A DNA stretch of 64,000 nucleotides, from NCBI GenBank assembly GCA_965195285.1, contig CBDAFS010000015.1, positions 74,138 to 138,137 of the forward strand. The letters run 5' to 3'. How positions within the stretch are numbered: the stretch's first letter is position 1; the number at the start of each line of letters is the position of its first letter. Below, one piece after another: positions 40,800 through 48,766 of this stretch. The notes below the pieces were generated by a model. It saw only the letters and a program-made list of their open reading frames with translations, did not search any database and was not told the origin of the DNA. The position numbers and the translations under genes are program-made. This stretch comes from an uncultured Aminicenantes bacterium. GTDB lineage: Bacteria > Acidobacteriota > Aminicenantia > UBA2199.

Positions 40800-41621
40800 A
40801 TGGGCATAATAATTAATAAAGAACTTAACAGATTACGAACAATAATCGAAAAAAATAGAGTTGCATTTACTGATGTGGCTAATATTCAACAGCTACAAGT
40901 TGGATATGATGTTAGGGCAGACAATTATAGCAAAGAAAGCCAAAGCAGGCCGGATAAAGTACATCAGACTACTTTAACAGAGAGGTTCTTTCTTGAAGAA
41001 CTGAGAGGATTAATAAGCGGCAAAAGAATTGCTTATTTGGATGTTGGCTGTGCAGATGGCAGAAGAACTAAGAGGTTTTTCAACGAACTGGAGGATTTTT
41101 GCCAAATTGACAGACTTTGTGCAATCGACTACTCAAGAGAAATGGTTGCACAAGCACAAGGAATTCTGGGACATTCAAAAGTTGCATGGGGAAATATTAC
41201 TGATTTACCTTTTCAGGCTGAATTCAATGTAGTTACCTGTATGTATGGCGTTATTGGACATTTACCGGAGGATTTGATTCAACAAGCTATTAATAATCTA
41301 TCTCAGACTCTCGTAGATGGAGGCATTCTCTGCATAGATGTTCTTGGAAGAGATCAGAAGTTTCTTAAACAATACCGTTATAACGAAGTCAATAGTAATC
41401 ATGGGAAATATGTTGCATATTTTGTTAAAGTAGGAGGGAGTCCGTTAATGAATGGCAAAGACCAGCGAATAGTCTATACTATGCGGATGTTTACTCCGGG
41501 AGAAATAAAAACTTACGCTAAGAATACAGGTCTTAGACCAGTAGCAGATAAAGAAATTTATCCGGTTGAAAGAGGGGTTAATGAAATGGAATATGCATTA
41601 GTACTTAAAAAAGAGTGCTAA
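40800..41621 (+). CDS. Class I SAM-dependent methyltransferase
   Basis: LDVGCADG, IDYSREM, FNVVTCM and LVDGG. Confidence 0.8.
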   Translation: MGIIINKELNRLRTIIEKNRVAFTDVANIQQLQVGYDVRADNYSKESQSRPDKVHQTTLTERFFLEELRGLISGKRIAYLDVGCADGRRTKRFFNELEDFCQIDRLCAIDYSREMVAQAQGILGHSKVAWGNITDLPFQAEFNVVTCMYGVIGHLPEDLIQQAINNLSQTLVDGGILCIDVLGRDQKFLKQYRYNEVNSNHGKYVAYFVKVGGSPLMNGKDQRIVYTMRMFTPGEIKTYAKNTGLRPVADKEIYPVERGVNEMEYALVLKKEC

Positions 41622-41697
41622 CAAATCTATTTGTTTGCTTCGATAGAATATCCATACCAATTTCGTTAATGAATTTTATGACAAAAAATTTTACATT

Positions 41698-41749
41698 GTA
41701 TAACACTGTGTATAGCGCATTAAAACGCGCCATACACTAACCGTTAGGC
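41698..41749 (+). other. Integron attC-like site
   Basis: GTATAAC...GTGTATAGCGC-loop-GCGCCATACAC...GTTAGGC: R''/R' boxes with an internal palindrome, followed by an ORF start. Confidence 0.55.
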
Positions 41750-41792
41750 GAAATATTATTCGGTCATTACGGAGCTACATATTTATAGAGAG

Positions 41793-42032
41793 ATGTATAT
41801 GAAAATTTTAAAGCCGCACTTAGATTCAATTTTTGATATTGCTGGTTCAGACGAAAATGCACTCACAAAATCATTTGGCGTAATTCTGAGAAAAGATAAG
41901 ACATTACTGAGTAATTTTTTGTCGGTTGCTATGAAAAAATCTTACTCAATATCAAAGCAGTTATTTGACAGAACTCATTTTTATTTTGAAAAAAGTTATT
42001 CTGGGGGGCGAACTGATTATCTTCTCCGTTGA
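41793..42032 (+). pseudogene. N-terminal fragment of a probable PD-(D/E)XK nuclease-like cassette gene
   Basis: ENALTKSF...FEK..GGRTD motif, broken at about 42017 by an IS3 remnant. Confidence 0.5.
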
Positions 42033-42115
42033 GTACTTCTTTCTGCTCATTCTGCCTCCTCAGATCCAGATAAATACTAACATAAAAACTGGATCAGTTT
42101 ATGGGGGGCAGGTGT
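42012..42115 (-). mobile_element. IS3-family left-end remnant
   Basis: Minus strand CCTGCCCCCC end motif, GGAGG RBS and an orfA start MSRKKYSTEKIIS (ATG at 42050). Confidence 0.55.
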
Positions 42116-42140
42116 ACGCATAATCGGGGTCAGGTCTAAA

Positions 42141-43784
42141 CAGGCTGTTGCCCAAATAAGGTTTTTTATATTTAAGGGTTGAGGGAAAATATTCCGAAAA
42201 GGCCTATAATATTGATTAATTAAGCATTTCATGGTATAATATTGTTTTTTGAGGTGTTTAAAAATGATGGGTAACGAAGAGAGTCAAGAGGACAAATTCA
42301 TTTACAATTTTCGTCTCAGTAAACGTATACCTTTGGATCATCCTTTAAGAAAGATAAGGGATATGCTTGATCTTGATTTTCTGTATGATCTTCTAAAGAG
42401 AAAGTACGGAACCAGGGGCAATGTATCAGTACCGCCTCCGGTATTGATGAAGATGATGTTGTTGTTGGTATTTTACAATGTTCGTTCGGAGCGAGAGTTG
42501 ATGCGAACCATACCTATGAGATTAGATTGGATTTGGTTTTTAGGATATGACCTGGACGATGATATTCCGCATCATAGTGTATTATCCAAAGCCAGGAAGC
42601 GTTGGGGAGAGGCAGTATTTAAAGAGTTATTCGAACGAATACTGCTTCAGGCTGCCGAATCCGGTTTGGTAGATGGGGGTAAGCTTTTTGCGGATTCTTC
42701 ATTGGTTGAGGCAGATGCATCGAGGAATTCGGTAAAAAGGATAAGCAATATGAAATTAGCCTCCACTTATAAGGAGTTGTTAAACAGGTTGGATGAAGGA
42801 GAGTCAGAGGATGAAGAGGAGCCGGGGGATAAAGGGAATGAAGGAGGCCGATACAGTAAAGTAAATAAGATACATAAGAGTGACACCGATCCTGAAGCAA
42901 CCATAGTTCGTCAGCAGGGGAGTTCAGATCTTTATTATAAAGTTCACCGCAGTGTAGATGAGAGGTGTGAAGTGATAACCTGTTGTCATACGACAACCGG
43001 AATAGTGAATGAGGCTCATGTTCTGAAAGATCTGATAGATGGTCATAAGGCGATTTTAGGTTGTGATCCGGGAATAATTGTGGCAGACAGCAAATATGGT
43101 ACAAAGGAGAATTTTGTTAAATTAAAGAAGAGGGGGATCAAGACTCATATCAAAGATTTATCCATGGCCCAGAAAGAAGGAGGGTCAAGGAAAGGGAAAT
43201 TTTCGAAGGAAGATTTTGAATATAACATTGAGGGGGATTATTTTGTATGTCCAGGTGGAGAGAAATTAAAAAAGAGGTCCTATAATCCCAATCGTGGTTG
43301 GTACGAATACAAAGCGAGTAAGAATAAATGTGATGTATGCCGCCTTCGATTACAGTGCACAGCTGACAAAAATGGTCGTAGTTTGAAGAGGCACCCGGAG
43401 GAAAAATATTTACAGTTGGCCAAACAGGATGCCCATAGTATTGGAGCGAAAGCTGATTTAAAGAAGAGGCAGCACTTAATGGAAAGGAGCTTTGCGACCG
43501 GTATCCGTTATGGCTATAAAAGAGCCAGGTGGAGGAATATGTGGCGAGTATCGATTCAGCAGTATTTAATAGCAACTGTCCAGAACCTTCAGAAGATTTT
43601 CATTTATGGAGGGGATTTAAGACATAATAAGGCAATTTATCTTAATTTGTTACAAAAATTTAGCTTAAAAAATTGTATATTTGGAATATTAACAAAAATT
43701 AATCTCAATCTCAGTGTTTTAAATTTAAAAGTATAGTAAATTTATAAATGTGGTGTTTAAGATTATGGTTTAGGCAACAGCCTG
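42141..43784 (+). mobile_element. IS1182-family insertion sequence (1644 bp)
   Basis: Inverted repeats CAGGCTGTTGCC(C/T)AAA (15/16) and a 4-bp target duplication TAAA. Confidence 0.85.
42264..43736 (+). CDS. IS1182-family DDE transposase
   Basis: IPLDHPLRKI, RSERELM, PHHSVLS, DSSLVEADAS, TDPEA, ADSKYG, CPGG and C..C...QC. Confidence 0.88.
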   Translation: MMGNEESQEDKFIYNFRLSKRIPLDHPLRKIRDMLDLDFLYDLLKRKYGTRGNVSVPPPVLMKMMLLLVFYNVRSERELMRTIPMRLDWIWFLGYDLDDDIPHHSVLSKARKRWGEAVFKELFERILLQAAESGLVDGGKLFADSSLVEADASRNSVKRISNMKLASTYKELLNRLDEGESEDEEEPGDKGNEGGRYSKVNKIHKSDTDPEATIVRQQGSSDLYYKVHRSVDERCEVITCCHTTTGIVNEAHVLKDLIDGHKAILGCDPGIIVADSKYGTKENFVKLKKRGIKTHIKDLSMAQKEGGSRKGKFSKEDFEYNIEGDYFVCPGGEKLKKRSYNPNRGWYEYKASKNKCDVCRLRLQCTADKNGRSLKRHPEEKYLQLAKQDAHSIGAKADLKKRQHLMERSFATGIRYGYKRARWRNMWRVSIQQYLIATVQNLQKIFIYGGDLRHNKAIYLNLLQKFSLKNCIFGILTKINLNLSVLNLKV

Positions 43785-44194
43785 TAAAGAATAAAGAAAT
43801 CGATTGTCCAAGAATATGGTTTTCCTACAAATCAACAGTACTTTTTTCAACTAAAAAGTAATTGATTTTTAAATAAAACATTTCTACATTTGTGTGCGTC
43901 GTCCCCCTTTTTCAGCATTTTAAATATTCCTATTTAATTGGGATGTTAAATTTGACGGGAGCGAAAGGGATGAGTTGGAAAAATAAAAAATTGTAGAAAG
44001 AGTGAACAAGGAAATTCGACATCGAGTATTGGAATGAAAAACATTACAGACAAATCTTTATTCTTTAGACTTGACCCCTAAGATTTTTTTTTTGAATTAG
44101 ATGGATGGTGTTTTGTGGGGCTGATATTGTTATTTCGTAACCACTCTATCAAAGACTAGATGCATATCTTTGCTGAAGTAGGATAGGGGGTTTA

Positions 44195-44323
44195 TCAATA
44201 TGGGCCAGCTGGTCCCTGATTTATATTTTTTTCTTTTTTCTGTTTTCGTTTTTCTTTTTGGGTGAGTTTGCCCTTTTTTTGATGTTCTCGTTTGCTTTTA
44301 TCTTTTTTCCCTTTATCGCCCAT
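44195..44323 (-). CDS. Small Lys-rich basic protein (42 aa), not in the ORF track
   Basis: MGDKGKKDKSKREHQKKGKLTQKEKRKQKKEKNINQGPAGPY* with an AAGGGGGA RBS. Confidence 0.55.
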   Translation of the reverse strand: MGDKGKKDKSKREHQKKGKLTQKEKRKQKKEKNINQGPAGPY

Positions 44324-44475
44324 ATTTATTCCCCCTTACCTGTTTAATTTTATTAATAATTTTAATATATAACCATATGAATTTTATAAAATCGGGGACA
44401 GATTGTCAATTTATTAATTTTTTTAAAATACCTTATCTTGCTAACTCCACCTCAAATCCCTATATAGGCATAAAA

Positions 44476-45492
44476 CTAAACTAACTTGTTTAAATATCTT
44501 TCAGTGAACTTTATTATATTATTCATCATGTCAACTGCCTCAACCGGATATTTTCCCACAGCTGATTCAGCCGAAAGCATAACAAAGTTACTCCCGTCTA
44601 TTATAGCGTTGGCCACATCGCTTACCTCCGCGCGGGTAGGGATGCGGTTTTCGGTCATACTCTCCAGCATCTGCGTCGCGGTTATAACAAACTTTCCGGC
44701 GCGCCTGCATTTTTTGATAATTGTCTTTTGTATAACAGGGATTTCGTAAACTGGCAACGACACCCCCATATCTCCGCGCGCTATCATGATGCCGTCCGAA
44801 ACCTTGATTATTTCATCAATATTTTTTATACCATCCCGATTCTCTATTTTGGCAATAACCCGGCACCGCGAACCTCCTCCAAGTACCTTTCTTACATCCA
44901 TGATATCCTTTTTCGTGCACACGAATGACTGTGCGATATATTCAACACCTTGCTTTTCACAAAAGAGTATATCCTTTATATCCTTCTGGCTTATACTACC
45001 AAATTCCAGCCGTGCCTCCGGGATATTTACGCCCTTATGTCCTTTAAGCAAGCCGCCGAATACCACTTTGACCTTTAAGCTGTTTTTAACCCGGGCAATC
45101 ACTTCTAAAACGATATTTCCGTCATCTATGAATATTTGGTGGCCGTTCTTAATAGGGTGTAACGGGCATTGATAATCAAAAGGTATTTTTTTATGCGATC
45201 CATTTGTTTTTTGCTGGGTAAGCCACACTATCTGGTCTTTTTTAAGCAAAATTGGAGCAATAAGATCACCTACCCTTATGCGATGGCCTTGCAAGTCACC
45301 AAGAAGCTTAACGCTCCTATGATATTTTTTATTTAAAAGCCGAATGAGTCCTATTCTATGAAGCAATTCTTGCGGCTTGCTGTGGGAAAAATTCAGACGC
45401 CCAACATCCATGCCGGCAAGCATCATTTTTTTAAGCACCGTCTCGCTCGACGACACTGGGCCAAGCGTACAGATTATCTTAGTCTTAACCAT
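44476..45492 (-). CDS. pyk: Pyruvate kinase, short form lacking the C-terminal domain
   Basis: [49 protein letters not shown] and MLSAESA; ends at 338 aa. Confidence 0.88.
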   Translation of the reverse strand: MVKTKIICTLGPVSSSETVLKKMMLAGMDVGRLNFSHSKPQELLHRIGLIRLLNKKYHRSVKLLGDLQGHRIRVGDLIAPILLKKDQIVWLTQQKTNGSHKKIPFDYQCPLHPIKNGHQIFIDDGNIVLEVIARVKNSLKVKVVFGGLLKGHKGVNIPEARLEFGSISQKDIKDILFCEKQGVEYIAQSFVCTKKDIMDVRKVLGGGSRCRVIAKIENRDGIKNIDEIIKVSDGIMIARGDMGVSLPVYEIPVIQKTIIKKCRRAGKFVITATQMLESMTENRIPTRAEVSDVANAIIDGSNFVMLSAESAVGKYPVEAVDMMNNIIKFTERYLNKLV

Positions 45493-46033
45493 AAAATTTA
45501 TTCATATTACATTTCACTCTCGTCAGCTCCATAACTAAACCCTCGGGCGATTGGACCACGTTGCTCGCTTGACAAACTGAAACGTTTCAACCTGCCGTCG
45601 TCTTCTATTAAGGCTTCCGAATAAAACCGACTTTCCGGATAGTTCTGGATGAAATCTTCATACGCCTGAATGGAATTGTTTTTAGTCACAATAGGAAAAT
45701 CGTTTTTCCATCCTGTTAAAAAAATATTAGAGAATTGGCTATCCATTGTCAAGCAATTGAGTGAAATATGTTTCATGGAAAGGACCGGGTGCAGAAATGT
45801 AATTTTAATGAGAAACCTTTTGGATTTTTACCTGGCTGCCTTATACAATAAAAGAGAAAAACAAAAAATGTAGAAAATTAAATTTTCTACACAAATCCGG
45901 AATATTTCAAGTAATATTGAAATGCAAAACCTGATCCCACTCATTCCATTAATGTATAAGTGGAGATTTTTTGGGAACCCGGACGATACTGGAACCGTTA
46001 TAAGTTTATTATGCAGGAATTAAGGAGAATCAG

Positions 46034-47059
46034 ATGAAGAAAATTCTAATACTATCATTTATTTTAATTTCGTCATTATTAATCAATATTTATGCATCGG
46101 AACCGGTGGAACTGCCGGAGCTTACCCGACCGTCAATGTTCATTATTAATTATGACCGGATATATGTCCTGGAAGAGGCAACGGTTCGCGTCTATTCCCT
46201 TGAAGATTTTACATTAATAAAAAAGTTCGGCAGGGCAGGGGAAGGGCCCAAAGAGTTCAAGTACAGCGGTGGAGACGGCAGGCCGTTGTCGATGAGTTTT
46301 TTTAAGGGGCAGTTGATCGTGAACAGTGTGATGAAGATGTCTTTTTTTGATAAGGATGGGGTTTATATCACGGAAACAAAGGTGGCTGTGGACAGACTCC
46401 TCTTTCCCATTAACGGCAAGTATCTGGGTATCGGCCCCACTGCAACTGAAAAAAATGCTCAATGCATCGGATTTACCATCTATGACGGTCAGTTTAAATC
46501 ACCACAAGTTATATTCATAAGCGATGTTGAAATTAACAATCCAACCAGATTTGTGCTGCCCATTACAAGCTTCACCTACAAACCCGTCTATAAAGAAAAG
46601 ATATTTGTGAATTCAAGCTCCGATGATTTCAGGATTAATGTATTTAATAGTGAAGGGAAAAAAGAATATACCATAGAGAAAAAATATCCGAAAATTAAAA
46701 TACCGGGTCATTTCAGAACTGAAGCGTTGGCGTTCTTCAAAAAAAGCCCGGTGTTCAAAAGTGCCTTTGAATATCTGAAAAAGATTTTGATTATAAGAGA
46801 ATATTATCCTCCAATCAGGGACCTTCAAATCGTTGATGATCACCTATACGTTCTTACCTTCAAACGAAAGGGTGACCTCTGGGAATTAATTAAACTTGAT
46901 CTGAAAGGTGATGAGAAAGGCCGATTATTCATACCTCTGACTGAATATGAATATTTCACCTGGTATCCGGTCTTCTACTCTGTTTATAAGGGAAAGGTTT
47001 ATACACTGGTGGAAGATGAGGAAGACGAAGTCTGGAAGATTTACATAAACACATTTTAA
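46034..47059 (+). CDS. Secreted 6-bladed beta-propeller (NHL-like) protein
   Basis: Signal peptide and FGRAGEGPKEF motif; AAGGAG RBS. Confidence 0.65.
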   Translation: MKKILILSFILISSLLINIYASEPVELPELTRPSMFIINYDRIYVLEEATVRVYSLEDFTLIKKFGRAGEGPKEFKYSGGDGRPLSMSFFKGQLIVNSVMKMSFFDKDGVYITETKVAVDRLLFPINGKYLGIGPTATEKNAQCIGFTIYDGQFKSPQVIFISDVEINNPTRFVLPITSFTYKPVYKEKIFVNSSSDDFRINVFNSEGKKEYTIEKKYPKIKIPGHFRTEALAFFKKSPVFKSAFEYLKKILIIREYYPPIRDLQIVDDHLYVLTFKRKGDLWELIKLDLKGDEKGRLFIPLTEYEYFTWYPVFYSVYKGKVYTLVEDEEDEVWKIYINTF

Positions 47060-47203
47060 ACAAAAAAATCCCAATGTCCTAACGGATCGTGCAAAATACA
47101 AGACCTGACCCTATTAAACTTCATAGATCAATAATACTTTTTTCAAATAAAAAGTAATTGATTTTTAAATACAGCATTTCTACAATTTGTGTGCACCGTC
47201 ACC

Positions 47204-47359
47204 CTTGTCATAGACTGCGGAGATGCAATGCTTCTTCTTGGAGAGATTGGTGATGTTAGGGCAATCGACCCAATAATGAATTTTGACGCGAACGTTGGGC
47301 AATTCCTAACATACAAGAACGCCGCTCTTGACAAGCTTCGGAAGGCTAAGCATAGTTAG
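47204..47359 (+). pseudogene. C-terminal fragment of a HEAT-repeat protein
   Basis: LVIDCGDAMLLLGEIGDVRAIDPI...AALDKL*, starting right after a GCACCGTCACCC repeat with no start codon region. Confidence 0.45.
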
Positions 47360-47471
47360 AAGAGGGTTTGCGTGAAAGAGTTTCCCTTATTATTGGGAAT
47401 GGGGGGATTTGACAAAGAAAAATCATTTCTATAACATTTTATTTTGGTAACATAAAAAAGGAGAATGGAGA

Positions 47472-48440
47472 ATGTTAACCAGAAAATGTCTTAATTGCGG
47501 TGTCCCATTGGCACTCAGAGAAGACCAGGTCGAATTAGAAGTAGAGATGCGTAAAGTAAATCCTGAATTTGAATTGCCTGTCTGGTGTGCAATCTGTGAA
47601 AGAAAGTTAAAGAAAAAAAAATTGAATATTGTCAATTTTATTTATGATGTCTTATCTATTTTAATTGCATTGGGTATTCTTGCATTAATTATTAACATCG
47701 GTGAAAAGAGTCCCAATCTCTTTACAAAAGTGATTTTAAACCTTAATTTACTTTCCTACATGACGCTTAATATCGGTGTAGGATTTTTATCCAGTTTGCT
47801 TTTTGTGGTTTTGCTTGAGAATTACAATCCGAGAGGACATGCTATTGATAAATCACATCTATGGGTGCACAAAGATACAAAAACCAAACAAAGTGATGCC
47901 ACCAAGCGTGATGTATATGAACATTATCATGGCTATGGCAGCTGGGAAAAAAAGTCAAAAGCTGAATGGAAAATTATCCATATAATTGGACTCATTTTTG
48001 CCGGATGTGGAGGTTTTTTTGTTGCGCTTTTGAAAGAAAAAGCCTATAACATACCGGTTGTATTGATAGCGGGTGTTATTGGTGTGTTGATTTACATCCT
48101 TATTCACAAGTTATTGGATATTGAATTTTTAACCCATGATAATTCCAGTAACTCGCTTCAGCCTGTTAGCATGGATTTTTCCAATTTATTTAAAGGGCAA
48201 ACTTCAGGTTCGATGTTATATTACGGGATAGCATTTTTCATCATATTTGTTTTCAGTATTGTGGTCTCAATATATTGGGTGATATATTTTTTCATATTAC
48301 ATAAAGAAAGTACAATATTATTAAATCCTCCCCTGATACAGCTATATACCATCTCGCTGAGATTGATGGGGATATTAATACTCTTTTTATTGGGGGAATG
48401 GTTGTTGTTAAAGCAAAAAGAAAGAAAAGCCAAGAGTTAA
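47472..48440 (+). CDS. Multi-pass membrane protein with an N-terminal zinc ribbon
   Basis: CLNCG...CAIC and about six TM segments; GGAG RBS. Confidence 0.6.
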   Translation: MLTRKCLNCGVPLALREDQVELEVEMRKVNPEFELPVWCAICERKLKKKKLNIVNFIYDVLSILIALGILALIINIGEKSPNLFTKVILNLNLLSYMTLNIGVGFLSSLLFVVLLENYNPRGHAIDKSHLWVHKDTKTKQSDATKRDVYEHYHGYGSWEKKSKAEWKIIHIIGLIFAGCGGFFVALLKEKAYNIPVVLIAGVIGVLIYILIHKLLDIEFLTHDNSSNSLQPVSMDFSNLFKGQTSGSMLYYGIAFFIIFVFSIVVSIYWVIYFFILHKESTILLNPPLIQLYTISLRLMGILILFLLGEWLLLKQKERKAKS

Positions 48441-48549
48441 TAGAAAAAAGGATTGAAAAAAAGCTATTAGGCTTAAGAAAAATCACTCGACTTTTTTTCT
48501 ACCCCTTCTCGCAAGAGACCGGAAATGGTATCAAATCTAAAAGTTAACC

Positions 48550-48752
48550 GGGGTCAGGTCTAAAGAATAAAGAAATCGATTGCACACCGCATTTTAAATA
48601 TTCCTATTTAATTGGGATGTTATATTTGACGGGGGCGAAAGGGATGTGTTGTAAAAATAAAGAATAGTAGAAAGAGTGAACAAGGATATTCGACATCGAG
48701 TATTGGAATGAAAAACATTACAGACAAATCTTTATTCTTTAGACCTGACCCC
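48550..48752. repeat. GGGG-TIR MITE copy 2 (intact, 203 bp)
   Basis: Perfect 24-bp terminal inverted repeat GGGGTCAGGTCTAAAGAATAAAGA / TCTTTATTCTTTAGACCTGACCCC. Confidence 0.85.
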
Positions 48753-48766
48753 CAAGATGTTCAAAA

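Larger units (their letters stand above)
42126..44078. repeat. GGGG-TIR MITE copy 1, interrupted by IS1182
   Basis: GGGGTCAGGTCTAAA|IS|GAATAAAGA...TCTTTATTCTTTAGACTTGACCCC; body similar to 48550-48752. Confidence 0.8.

Noticed and set aside
45507-45873. Short ORFs between pyk and the beta-propeller gene
   Set aside because: Only a brief AYEDFIQNYPES motif suggests a gene fragment; start and family cannot be supported.
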